From: Bdellovibrionales bacterium
Lineage (GTDB): Bacteria; Bdellovibrionota; Bdellovibrionia; Bdellovibrionales; UBA1609
NCBI GenBank assembly: GCA_965205945.1
Contig: CBDBIB010000002.1
Location: 224,001 to 288,000, forward strand
DNA length: 64,000 nt
Direction: 5' to 3'
Shown in pieces: positions 31,101 through 40,460 of the stretch (its first letter is position 1; the number at the start of each line of letters is the position of its first letter). The position numbers and the translations under genes were made by a program. Below the pieces are notes generated by a model. That model was given only the letters and a program-made list of their open reading frames with translations, ran no database searches and was not told where the DNA came from.

Positions 31101-31249
31101 AAGAGATCAATAATGTTCCTTCTGTAAGGTATATGACTAAAATTTGGAACACTGATAAAGCTATAGCAGGGATTACACATCATGAATCTGATCATAGTAA
31201 AAAAAAGGAGGGGGTAAAAAAACCGCACGCTAAAGGAGAAATACACTAA
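28178..31249 (+). CDS. actB: Alternative complex III molybdopterin-oxidoreductase-like/FeS subunit
   Basis: TAT-variant leader RRDFLKLMGAS; CTGCSACVIAC, CQHCDNAPCETVCP, CVGTRYCSNNCPY, EKCTFC. Confidence 0.95.
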   Translation: MSDFKNETIKNKHWLSLDEWRQDSEFKELAEREFQTSPLDEESQFGWARRDFLKLMGASLALTSFGCVRRPIQKIVPYVKRPEGLIPGISNFYASTYQEGGDIYGLVVKTREGKPIKVEGNEFFPGVGEALNARGQAHILSLYDPDRLTGPVQNLLNPKRTNKDTINRSWEKADVQLSKKIKDGGVYVLSGSNPSESSRKLINDFVLNHGGEYFEWAPFSYEAFKKSFAVLGAKTTTPLPRYRLINANYILSIGTDFLSTEYGSLQLEKEWGVRRDVEGKQAPIKLTQVESLMTLTGMSADDRIILKPSEYLSFLCAVISKLEILNTYSKKASVYKGIKKLSKNTLKNAYRVAKELKKNKTKSIVMGFGVQSNSSDYMQIQKAVHYINFALSNDGKTIDYSQAPYVSYRGSTSSIEKLIQKMNSGKVKTLIIHDSNPAYTYADQIKLRAALSKVPTVIYTGDKNDETGSISHWILPDDHLMEKWNEFEGLKNVYSVCQPTISPLYKTRAFEQTLLKWSGGKKTWYDVVRKTWENRYNANKVRSGFSDFETFWVNLLQKGVWDLSNLKNSIKPTRAFVGSFNAKYNQHQGEELVVYPTINLGEGKFSNVSWLQELPNPVTKIVWDNYLSISIDYAKDHDLREGDVVEVFKEGYKVKVPVHIQPGQDPKTLGLSLGYGRKGAGKVCEGVGENAFPFIKDGKHSSLMVVVRKTTKKIELANTQGHHAMQGRQIVTEASYKEFKENKEAGIHKHKIFSLWSKHKYTGHKWGMSVDLSKCTGCSACVIACQSENNIPVVGKKHVLNGREMHWIRVDRYYSGDPKAPRVVHQPVMCQHCDNAPCETVCPVLATVHSSEGTNDMVYNRCVGTRYCSNNCPYKVRRFNWFNYSKVESPLNMALNPEVTVRSRGVMEKCTFCIHKIQDGKSKAVLEKRKLKEGDIKTACQMTCPTKAIVFGDMNDKESSVSKKFNKERTYQLLEEINNVPSVRYMTKIWNTDKAIAGITHHESDHSKKKEGVKKPHAKGEIH

Positions 31250-32613
31250 TGAGTTTAAAAGAAAAACTCTTAATTAAGGGTAATAAAACTGCTAAAAATG
31301 TTTCTGATGATGTGGCCTCTTTAGTTGAACGTCCTCCAGGCATAAGATGGTTTATGATGGTTGGCGGAACTAAAATGCTCATGCTTTTTTATTTTTGTTG
31401 TTTAGCAATGATAATATCTGTGGGTATGGGTTTAATGGGTGTGAATCATCCAGTAGGCTGGGGGACTGATATTGTTACTTTTGTCTTCTGGGTAGGTATT
31501 GGTCATGCTGGAACATTAATTTCAGCTGTGCTTTATCTTTTTCGCCAAAAGTGGAGAACTTCAATAGCAAGATCAGCAGAAGCTATGACAGTATTTGCTG
31601 TTGCCACAGCAGGTATTTTTCCAATTATACATACAGGAAGACCATGGCTTGCATTTTGGTTGCTTCCATATCCAAATCAAAGAGGACCTTTATGGGTTAA
31701 CTTTAGATCGCCATTGTTATGGGATGTTTTTGCAATTTCAACATATGCTATAGTGTCAATAATGTTTTGGTATGTTGGTATGATTCCTGACTTTGCAACA
31801 TTAAGGGATAGAGCAAAAAAAGAGGGTAAAAAGATTTCAAATAAAATTTTTGGAGCGTTGTCGTTGGGGTGGAGAGGGGCCACAAGAGATTGGAGCCATT
31901 ATGAAATGGTTTATTTAATTCTTGCTGCTTTATCTACGCCGTTGGTTTTATCGGTTCATTCTATTGTATCCTTTGATTTTGCCGTGGCGCAACTACCAGG
32001 GTGGCATACAACTATTTTCCCTCCATACTTTGTGGCAGGAGCAATCTTTTCTGGATTTGCAATGGTTGTAACTTTAATGACTCTTATTCGAGTGGCGGTT
32101 CCTGCATTTAAAGATTATATTACTTTAGATCATATGGAGTTGATGAATAAAATTATTATGACCACAGGCATGCTTGTTGGTTATGCCTATGCATCTGAGT
32201 TTTTTATTGCATGGTACTCAGGTTCTAATTATGAAGGGTATGCTTTTATCAATAGAGCTTTTGGCCCTTATTGGTGGTCTTACTGGTCTATGGTTACTTG
32301 TAATGTTTTAATTCCACAAATTTTTTGGATTAAAAAAATGAGAAGATGCATTCCGGTGATGTTTGTAATTTCTATTTTTGTTAATATTGGTATGTGGTTT
32401 GAAAGGTATGTGATTACAGTAACTTCACTTCATAGAGATTTTTTACCCGCAAACTGGGGTTTATTTGATATGACATTTTATGACTTTGGAGCATTAATTG
32501 GAAGTTTTGGAATGTTTTTAACTTTATTTCTACTTTATGTACAAGCAATTCCAGCCATTTCTATTGCAGAGATTAAGCCTATTTTAGAAACAGGAAAACA
32601 GGGAGAACATTAA
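31249..32613 (+). CDS. actC: Alternative complex III NrfD-family quinol-binding membrane subunit
   Basis: FWVGIGHAGTLISA, HTGRPW, NFRSPLLWD, PLVLSVHS, GMWFERY. Confidence 0.95.
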   Translation: MSLKEKLLIKGNKTAKNVSDDVASLVERPPGIRWFMMVGGTKMLMLFYFCCLAMIISVGMGLMGVNHPVGWGTDIVTFVFWVGIGHAGTLISAVLYLFRQKWRTSIARSAEAMTVFAVATAGIFPIIHTGRPWLAFWLLPYPNQRGPLWVNFRSPLLWDVFAISTYAIVSIMFWYVGMIPDFATLRDRAKKEGKKISNKIFGALSLGWRGATRDWSHYEMVYLILAALSTPLVLSVHSIVSFDFAVAQLPGWHTTIFPPYFVAGAIFSGFAMVVTLMTLIRVAVPAFKDYITLDHMELMNKIIMTTGMLVGYAYASEFFIAWYSGSNYEGYAFINRAFGPYWWSYWSMVTCNVLIPQIFWIKKMRRCIPVMFVISIFVNIGMWFERYVITVTSLHRDFLPANWGLFDMTFYDFGALIGSFGMFLTLFLLYVQAIPAISIAEIKPILETGKQGEH

Positions 32614-32614
32614 G

Positions 32615-33133
32615 ATGAGCGGTGGTGTTATGGGCGTGTTCACTGATGAACATATGATTTTAAAAGCTGCGGAAAAAACTAGACTTAAGGGTTATATAAA
32701 CTTTGATGCCATCACCCCTTATCCTATTCATGGTATGGAAGAAGCTGTGGGAGTGAAAAGATCATGGCTTCCATGGGTTACCCTTATTGCTGGAGCTACA
32801 GGTTGTTTAGTGGGACTTTGGTTTACTTGGTGGACATCAGCAGTAAGTTGGCCCATTAATGTTGGAGGAAAACCTATGTGGTCTTTACCCGCATTTATTC
32901 CTATAATTTTTGAATTAACGATTTTATTTGCAGCTTTAGCTTCAGTTAAGACTATGATTTTTGTGGCTTTAGGTCTTCCTAAAGTGGATCCCCCAGTTAT
33001 TGATTTAGATTTAACTTCTCATAAGTTTGGATTGTTTATTTCTGATAAAGATAATCAATATAAATCTAAAGATGTTCAATCTTGGATGAAAGAGCTTGGA
33101 GCTCAAGCTGTTCATGAAGTAATGGAGTATTAG
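32615..33133 (+). CDS. actD: Alternative complex III subunit (DUF3341)
   Basis: TPYPIHG, PINVGGKP, PIIFELTILFA. Confidence 0.92.
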   Translation: MSGGVMGVFTDEHMILKAAEKTRLKGYINFDAITPYPIHGMEEAVGVKRSWLPWVTLIAGATGCLVGLWFTWWTSAVSWPINVGGKPMWSLPAFIPIIFELTILFAALASVKTMIFVALGLPKVDPPVIDLDLTSHKFGLFISDKDNQYKSKDVQSWMKELGAQAVHEVMEY

Positions 33134-33134
33134 T

Positions 33135-33701
33135 ATGTTAGTGTTTAAAGACTTTAAAAGAGCAGTTGTTTTTTTAAGTATATTTTTTTTATTAGCCTGC
33201 CAAGGTGGTGAAAACCAAACAAATATCGAGCTTATTCAAGATATGATGCAAGGTCCTCAGATTAAAGCACAAGAAGGGAGTCTTAATGGCAAGATGTTAA
33301 TGAGAGTTCCTCCTAAAGCAACTATACCAAGAGGATTTAAACCTTACCCTTATGATAAATTTAATATTAAAGCTGCAGATTCTTTAAAAAGTCCAAAATC
33401 AAGTTTAACTTTTGATGAGCTTATTTTTTTTCAAGATACAGGGCGTGAAAAATTTGAAATTTATTGTGGAGTTTGTCATGGGAGTACGGGTAAAGGAGAT
33501 AGTCTTGTTGCAGCTAAAATGTTAAAAAAACCTCCTAATTTAACTCAAGCTAGATTTGTTTCATATACGGATGGACGTTTATATAATATTGTTACAAATG
33601 GTTGGGGTTTAATGGGGGGCTACTTAAGTCAAATTACATCTGAAAAAGATAGATGGGCTGTTGTTGATTATGTTAGACTCCTGCAACAGGGTGGTGACTA
33701 A
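33135..33701 (+). CDS. actE: Alternative complex III monoheme cytochrome c lipoprotein
   Basis: Lipobox LLAC; CGVCH; DRWAVVDYVR. Confidence 0.92.
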   Translation: MLVFKDFKRAVVFLSIFFLLACQGGENQTNIELIQDMMQGPQIKAQEGSLNGKMLMRVPPKATIPRGFKPYPYDKFNIKAADSLKSPKSSLTFDELIFFQDTGREKFEIYCGVCHGSTGKGDSLVAAKMLKKPPNLTQARFVSYTDGRLYNIVTNGWGLMGGYLSQITSEKDRWAVVDYVRLLQQGGD

Positions 33702-34897
33702 TGCATAAGAAAATTACCTTTAAAGAGCCTTCACCGTTTTTATTTTTAAATAAGTATAAATGTGTTTGTGCTAGTTTGATTTTTATAGGCTTAATGGGCT
33801 TTATATTTGGTTTAAATATTGATGCTCAAAGAACTTGGCAAGCATACTTAATGGGTCTTTTTTTCTTTACAAGTTTAGCTGTTATAAGTGTGTTTTTTTT
33901 AGCCCTGCAGTATTTAACTAATGCTAGATGGTCGGTGAATATTAGAAGAATTTTTGAAGCTTTTACCGCCTTTATTCCCTATGCATTTGTTTTAACGATA
34001 GGTCTATTTTTTGGAGGACCTTATTTATATAAATGGCTTAATCCTGAAATTGTAGCGACAGATGCCTTACTACAACATAAAGAGGCTTATTTAAATTTAA
34101 ATGCATTTATTATTAGATCTGTAATTATTTTTGTTGGTTGGATTTTATTTGCTAGAAAAATTGTTGGAAATTCTTTAAAACAAGATATTACGGGGGAGGA
34201 CTCTTTAATTTCTAAAATAGTTCCATATAGTATTGGCTTTATTATATTTTTTGCGCTTTCGTATTCAGTTTTAAGTGTTGACCTGCTTATGAGTCTTGAA
34301 CCTCATTGGTTTTCTACAATCTTTGGTGTGTACACGTTTAGTGGGTCTATGCAGGCATTTTTTGCTGGTGCAATCTTATTAATATTATTTTTAAAGAAGA
34401 AAGGTCTTTTTAATGAAATGGTGACAACAGATCATCTTCATGACTTGGGTAAATTCTTATTGGGTTTTACAGTATTTTGGGCCTATATTGCATATTCTCA
34501 GTATATGTTGATCTGGTATGCTAATATGCCTGAAGAAACTGTGTTTTTTATGCATAGATCTGTAGGTGAGTGGGCAACTGTTTCAATTGTTATGATTTTA
34601 CTTAAGTTTGTAATTCCTTTTTTTCTTTTACTGCCAAGATGGGCAAAGAGAACACCTTTGTACTTAGCAATAGTTTGTGTATTGATTTTAGGAACTCAGT
34701 TTTTAGATCTTTTTTGGTTAATTTATCCAAACTTTGATGAGCATCATGTAAAGTTTTCGGTTTTGGATATATCAATTATATGTGGGTTTGTAGGAATTTT
34801 CTTGTTATCAACATTTAGATTTTTGAGTAAAAATAATCTTATACCTATTAAAGATCCAAGAGTTGTTGAGTCAGCTTCACATTCTGTGGTTTATTAA
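33701..34897 (+). CDS. actF: Alternative complex III membrane subunit
   Basis: MSLEPHWFSTIFG, HLHDLGK, WAYIAYSQYMLIWYANMPEE. Confidence 0.92.
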   Translation: MHKKITFKEPSPFLFLNKYKCVCASLIFIGLMGFIFGLNIDAQRTWQAYLMGLFFFTSLAVISVFFLALQYLTNARWSVNIRRIFEAFTAFIPYAFVLTIGLFFGGPYLYKWLNPEIVATDALLQHKEAYLNLNAFIIRSVIIFVGWILFARKIVGNSLKQDITGEDSLISKIVPYSIGFIIFFALSYSVLSVDLLMSLEPHWFSTIFGVYTFSGSMQAFFAGAILLILFLKKKGLFNEMVTTDHLHDLGKFLLGFTVFWAYIAYSQYMLIWYANMPEETVFFMHRSVGEWATVSIVMILLKFVIPFFLLLPRWAKRTPLYLAIVCVLILGTQFLDLFWLIYPNFDEHHVKFSVLDISIICGFVGIFLLSTFRFLSKNNLIPIKDPRVVESASHSVVY

Positions 34898-35028
34898 AAG
34901 TTTGAGTGTAAAGAAGGAGTTTAGGTAGCTAAGATTTGACATGAAAAATTTTAAAGTGTATTTAAAATATAGCAGCTCTTACTTAAGAGGTTTAAAGTTT
35001 TTAGGATTATATTTAGGAGGGTTTTAAT

Positions 35029-35694
35029 ATGAAAACAAATTTTATAGTTTTAGGTGTGTTGTTGTTTTTAATAGCATGCTCTGGAAAAGATTCTAACGCC
35101 CTTGAAGAGGATTTGAATAAAGTAAAGTATAGACTTACTTTTACATCCTTATGGAATGAGAAGGATCATTTAGGACAACCTGTTACTGCTCATTTTTCAC
35201 CTATTGTTTTAACTGTTCATGATCAACGACATACGTTATTTTCTGTTGGTGAATTAACTGGGAGAAGTCTAGAAGAGGTTGCTGAGCATGGTAACCCTAC
35301 ACAAATTAATAAAGATATTTTAATAGATCAAAATTTAGGTAAAGTCTTAAGTTTTATAAATACAAAAGATCAATTTATATCAACTCAGTCGACTCAGGTT
35401 ATAGAGTTTGAAGTGTCCTTAGAGCATTCAATGGTGTCTTTTGTAACTATGGTGGCTCCAAGCCCGGATTGGATTGTGGGATTAGATGGATTCTCTTTGT
35501 ATGATGGCACAAAATTTATTGACAACACAGCTAGTATAGATTTGTACGCTTATAATGCAGGGACTGAAGAGGGAGATTTTGGTGGTAATTTTTCACTAAA
35601 CAACAACCCTACACAAAGCCCAACTCCAATTCAAAGGTTAACAGGAGAAGGTTTTAATAAACCTTTTGCTAAAGTGACTATTCAAAGAATATAA
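35029..35694 (+). CDS. Spondin_N-domain lipoprotein
   Basis: Lipobox LIAC; AHFSP, AEHG, TMVAPSPDWIVG, YNAGTE motifs of the F-spondin/mindin domain. Confidence 0.85.
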   Translation: MKTNFIVLGVLLFLIACSGKDSNALEEDLNKVKYRLTFTSLWNEKDHLGQPVTAHFSPIVLTVHDQRHTLFSVGELTGRSLEEVAEHGNPTQINKDILIDQNLGKVLSFINTKDQFISTQSTQVIEFEVSLEHSMVSFVTMVAPSPDWIVGLDGFSLYDGTKFIDNTASIDLYAYNAGTEEGDFGGNFSLNNNPTQSPTPIQRLTGEGFNKPFAKVTIQRI

Positions 35695-36318
35695 GAATTT
35701 AAACTAACTTTAGTTAGATAAAGTGTAACAATGCTTTTTTTAAATAATTTTTAAATATTTAGTAGTTATACCTATTAAATGAGAAACGTTTGAGTGATTT
35801 AAGTAACTATGCGAAAAATATTTACGAATATACATGAGAGCTAATTTTTTTTAAAAGATTTGCTCCTTTCCTTCTCGTGTAAGGATAAGGGTCGCTTCAT
35901 AGTTGTACAGCCAATATAAAAGCTTAGTTGTCTAAACCAAATTCTAGGACTTAAAGGGTCTTAACAGTGAATTTGAATATATTAAGTAATAGAGGCGGTA
36001 AAATTTTTGTAGTCGATTGGCAATTTAAATAAATTATCAACTACAAATCATAACAAACCCTCTTATTTTAAATGATTTACTTATGATATCATAAAAATAA
36101 TAAAGACAGTTTTTTTCTTTTATTTTTAAGTTCTTTAATAATCCTTTTAATATTAAACTTTTACTCATTTGGTAAAATTAAATTCAAGCATTAAGATTCT
36201 AAAACTAATCTTATTATATAAATAAGCTTATTAAATAAAAGTAAATTATGATTCGACATCTGTATTTTTCTTACGTATGATAATTTTTGGTTAACCATTA
36301 ATGAGGGAGAGTTTTTAA

Positions 36319-37433
36319 GTGAAGAGTCTTTTTAAAATAATAAATCTTACAGGAGTTTTTATTTTCTTTATGGTCTTCTTCCTGGCTTTATTTAAATTAG
36401 GAGGTTGTTCAGGTAGTAAAGACTCCTCTTTAAAGAACACTCTTCTTCCTCCTAATAATATAAGCCCAAATCTCAAGGAGATTTAACGAATATAAAGCTT
36501 ACTAATCGAGACCCTGATTGTGGATCTTTTGCAGGCGTTTATTTTTCAAATGTTTATGATGCTCAAGAAGATGTTACTTATAGAAGTGACTTTACTATTA
36601 CGGCTAACAACACCTCTTGTGAGTTAATAAGTAATAATCTTCCCAATCATAATGTTGGAGAGAATACATCAACAGGAACTAATTTTTCTACAAAGGTGGC
36701 TCCAAATGCTTTAAATTATAGATTAAACATTCCTCGAAATCCTGTTCGAACAAGTAATGCCAGATATATTCGTAAAAGAGGAGGCTATATAACTCTTAAT
36801 GGTATTATGTTAAACGGAGTTGATTTAGATATGGACTCTGCATTTTGTTATGATTCAGGCTCTAGAACAATTGTTTTGTCTGGGTGTGGATTAACTGCAG
36901 AGTGGTATCTTGTGCCTAAAAAAAATCCTATGAATGTTGTTTTAGATAAATATGAAGGGCATCCATTTAGAGGGCGTTATCATTACCATGGTGATAATAC
37001 AAGTTTATCAAATTCTGGAGTTGATGAGTCTCCTTTAGAATCTATTGTTGACTCCAGTGGGTCTCCAGTGATTGGTTTTGCTCCAGATGGTTTTCCCATT
37101 TATGGAGTTTATTTTTACGATATAAAGAAATCAATATTAAGAAAGGCTAAATCTAGTTGGACCACATATATTGGTGAACGAGAACCACCTTTAGGTTCAA
37201 GTAACTCTCCTCCTTTAATAGAGACTTATGTTAGAGGCCTCTTTGTAGAGGATTGGTATTATTCTAAGGGTAGTGGTGATTTAGATGAATGCAATGGTAT
37301 GATTGATGCTTATGGAAATTATGGATACTATATTACAGAGACGTACCCTTTTGGTCCTATTTGTGTGTTTGGAGCTTTAGATCCATCTTTTGAAAAACTT
37401 CAATCTTTATATAATGATGGCGGAGTGAATTAG
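36319..37433 (+). pseudogene. YHYH-domain lipoprotein split by a -1 frameshift between 36459 and 36486
   Basis: GTG at 36319 after GAGGGAG encodes a signal peptide with LGGC, stopping at 36484-36486; the -1 frame is open from 36459 and reads DLTN..DC...SNNLPNH...GRYHYH...IGFAPDGFPIYG...GDLDECNG. Confidence 0.82.
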
Positions 37434-37462
37434 TGTTTGTATTGTCTTAAGGGCTCTAGCTA

Positions 37463-38483
37463 ACCCGAGTTCGAACTTTTTTCAGGACCTAAGTGCTGGA
37501 TAAATAAAAGATCATCCCAGCCTTTTGTAAGATTTAGTTGTTTTTTACTGATCTGCAAAAAGGAGCCGGGAATGATCGAAGAAAATCAAATTATAGAAGT
37601 TTTTACTCTTGTTGACGACTTTATTTTAGGGTTAAACAAAGAACAGTCCAAACTCATACCCAGCAAAAGAAAGAGAGGTTTTCCATCTGCGTTATCTGAG
37701 TCTGAAGTCATCACCATCTGTTTATTATTCCAATTTTCCGGCTTCAGAAATTTTAAAGCTTTCTATACAGGTTATGTTCAAAAATTTCTAAAACCTTATT
37801 TCCCAAAACTCTTGTCCTACAATAGGTTTGTAGAACTTAAAAAATCTTCAGCACCTCAAATTCTCATTTTTTTACACTCACTTATGCAATCAAATATTTG
37901 CACAGGAATATCTGTTGTAGACTCCAGCCCCATTGTTGTTTGTAATAACAAAAGAATCAGTCGTCACAAAACCTTTAAAGGACTTGCAAAACGTGGGAAA
38001 TCAACAATGGGCTGGTTCTTTGGTTTTAAAGTTCACATAGTCATTTCTCACAAAGGGGAGCTCTTAAGTTTTACCATAACCCCAGGAAATGTTCATGATA
38101 CAAAGCCTGTAGAGGGTTTAGCTGAAAATATTTTTGCAAAATTGTTTGGAGACAAAGGATATATATCCCAAAAGCTATTTGAAAAATTGATGAGTAAAGG
38201 GGTTCAAGTCATAACAAATCTTAAATCCAATATGAAAAATAAGTTTGTTCCTCTTTTTGATAAACTACTCCTGAGGAAAAGGTACATTGTTGAAACTGCT
38301 TTTGGGATTTTAAAGGAGGAATTTCATTTTGAACACTCAAGACACCGAAGCCCAAAAAACTTTGTGGTAAATTTACTTTCGGCACTAACGGCGTACTGTT
38401 TGCGTCCAAGAAAACCCTCCATTAGACTTTGAAGTACTTGAAGAAAGGCTACTTCAGTAGGTTTAGAAAGTTCGAACTCGGGT
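37463..38483 (+). mobile_element. Intact IS982-family insertion sequence (1021 bp)
   Basis: Perfect 17-bp IRs ACCCGAGTTCGAACTTT (37463-37479, 38467-38483); 6-bp TSD TAGCTA (37457-37462, 38484-38489). Confidence 0.95.
37572..38432 (+). CDS. IS982-family DDE transposase
   Basis: LSESEVITI, SYNRFVEL, VDSSP, GWFFGFKVH, GDKGY, KRYIVET, EHSRHRS. Confidence 0.95.
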   Translation: MIEENQIIEVFTLVDDFILGLNKEQSKLIPSKRKRGFPSALSESEVITICLLFQFSGFRNFKAFYTGYVQKFLKPYFPKLLSYNRFVELKKSSAPQILIFLHSLMQSNICTGISVVDSSPIVVCNNKRISRHKTFKGLAKRGKSTMGWFFGFKVHIVISHKGELLSFTITPGNVHDTKPVEGLAENIFAKLFGDKGYISQKLFEKLMSKGVQVITNLKSNMKNKFVPLFDKLLLRKRYIVETAFGILKEEFHFEHSRHRSPKNFVVNLLSALTAYCLRPRKPSIRL

Positions 38484-38817
38484 TAGCTACTAAGTTTAAG
38501 AGGTAGGGTTGTTTTTAAGAAAGCGTAATTTAAATTACGAAGCTAAGCTTGCTTAATTTTTAAAAATATTATGGCTACATTTAGTTTCTTAAAACAAAAA
38601 AAGTCATAAAATTCTAGTTCAAAAAAAATAAGCCAATGAAGCTGGACTTTTATCTTAAACTTATTTAATTAACTTAAATTTCAACTTAAAAAAGACTAAA
38701 GATGAACTTTTATTTAAAATTTAAGCCTAAGGAAAAGCTCTTATTGGGTTATTTATTGTTTTGAATTAAAATTAAACTTATACTTTATAAGTATAACATA
38801 AAATTTAAGGTAAAATT

Positions 38818-39387
38818 ATGAGTGAAGCATTAAAGAAAAAAAAATTTAAAGATTTATATGAAGATTTATGTGCTCTTCCTAAAAATGTTAATGGTGAAAT
38901 TATAAACGAAGAGCTTGTTGTGAGCCCAAGGCCTGCTCCTAAGCATGCTAATGCAAGTTCGGCAATAGGGTCTATTATTCTTCCACCTTATCACCTAGGA
39001 GAAAATGGTCCTGGTGGATGGTGGATTTTATTTGAACCAGAAATTCATTTAAAGGATCAAGTTATTGTTCCTGATATAGGAGGTTGGAAAAAAGAAAGGC
39101 TTCCTAAACTTTTAGAAGAAGCATATTTTTCTCTAGCTCCTGATTGGGTTTGTGAGGTTCTGTCGCCCTCAACAGCTCGTTATGATAGAATATCTAAGTT
39201 AAAAATTTATGCTCATAACAAGGTTCCTTATTACTGGATCGTTGATCCACTAAATAGAACTTTAGAAGTTTTAGTTTTAGATAAAAAAAATTATAAGGTA
39301 GACCTTGTTTTTGGAAAAGATGATTTGGTTAAAGCTCCTCCATTTGACAAGCTTGAGTTTAATCTTGGGAAGCTTTGGGCAGATTAA
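38818..39387 (+). CDS. Uma2-family (DUF820) PD-(D/E)xK endonuclease-like protein
   Basis: EII..EL..SPRP, EPE, VPDIGGW, PDWVCEVLSPST, YWIVDP. Confidence 0.93.
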   Translation: MSEALKKKKFKDLYEDLCALPKNVNGEIINEELVVSPRPAPKHANASSAIGSIILPPYHLGENGPGGWWILFEPEIHLKDQVIVPDIGGWKKERLPKLLEEAYFSLAPDWVCEVLSPSTARYDRISKLKIYAHNKVPYYWIVDPLNRTLEVLVLDKKNYKVDLVFGKDDLVKAPPFDKLEFNLGKLWAD

Positions 39388-39833
39388 AAAAATAAAGTAT
39401 AGCAAAGTAAATAGTTTAAAAAATATAATAAAACTAATTGTATAAACCTGCTTATTTAAACGCTTAGATTGTCGAACCCAGGTTAAGAGGTATTAAAGGT
39501 AATCAAGATAATAATTTGGCCCCCTCTTTTAGGTACTGTTTATTTGTATTAAAAATTCTTTAAAAACATCACTAGTCCCAAGTAAAGAAATACTTTATAG
39601 TGAAAAATGGTCTTTTTATATAAACATACAAATGGAATCAGATTAAAACTAAAACAGTAATACACAAAGAAACTCATGTTTCCTAACTACTTAAAAGGAT
39701 GTTGATTTAAACTGTCTTCACAATGGTAATGTGAAGACATCTTAGTCTTCATAGAAAAGGCCTTTAAAAATAGCCTTGAGACAAAGAAAACTGTGGATAA
39801 AATAAATGACTCTGTAAACTTATAAGTATGGGG

Positions 39834-40364
39834 CTAAAGAGTTGCATCACCTTTATTCCAGTTTACAGGGCAGAGGCTACCAGTTTGAAAGGCGTCTAGA
39901 GTTCTTAAAACCTCTTCAGGATTTCTTCCAACAGCCAAATCGTTTACTGAAACATATTTTACAATTCCTTCAGGATCAACGATGTAGGTTGCTCTATAGG
40001 TTACACCTTCTTGTTGATCTAAAATCCCAAGGTCTTCAGAAAGCTCTCTTTTGATATCTGCAATTAAAGGGTAGTCTAGTTCTTTAAGCTCTTGATTATG
40101 AGTTCTCCAGGCCATGTGGACGAATTCAGAATCAATACTTGCACCATAAAGCTCACAATTTCGCTCTTTAAATTCACCATAAAGATTATTAAAACCAACT
40201 AATTCTGTAGGGCAGACAAAGGTAAAATCTTTAGGATAAAAAAACATACACATCCATTTTCCTTTATAAGAATCATTTGAAATCTTGGTGAAAGCCTTAT
40301 CTAGATTAGTGTCTACAGTAGCTGTAAGGTTAAATTGTGGGAATTTTCTTCCTACTCCTAACAT
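39834..40364 (-). CDS. ahpC: 2-Cys peroxiredoxin (alkyl hydroperoxide reductase C); start at MLGVG after AAGGAG
   Basis: FYPKDFTFVCPTE, RATYIVDP, VGRN, LCPVNW. Confidence 0.95.
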   Translation of the reverse strand: MLGVGRKFPQFNLTATVDTNLDKAFTKISNDSYKGKWMCMFFYPKDFTFVCPTELVGFNNLYGEFKERNCELYGASIDSEFVHMAWRTHNQELKELDYPLIADIKRELSEDLGILDQQEGVTYRATYIVDPEGIVKYVSVNDLAVGRNPEEVLRTLDAFQTGSLCPVNWNKGDATL

Positions 40365-40460
40365 AATAGTCTCCTTTTTAATGTTGTTAAATCCCATGTT
40401 CTACCTAGTTTAAATTAATAAAACAAGCTTGAGTTTTTTAAAAGATGCTATAAGTCGAAT

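Noticed and set aside
35860..35930. Minus-strand WLYNYE..RPLSL resembling an IS3/IS481 transposase tail
   Set aside because: Too short, and needs a frameshift; cannot be supported by eye
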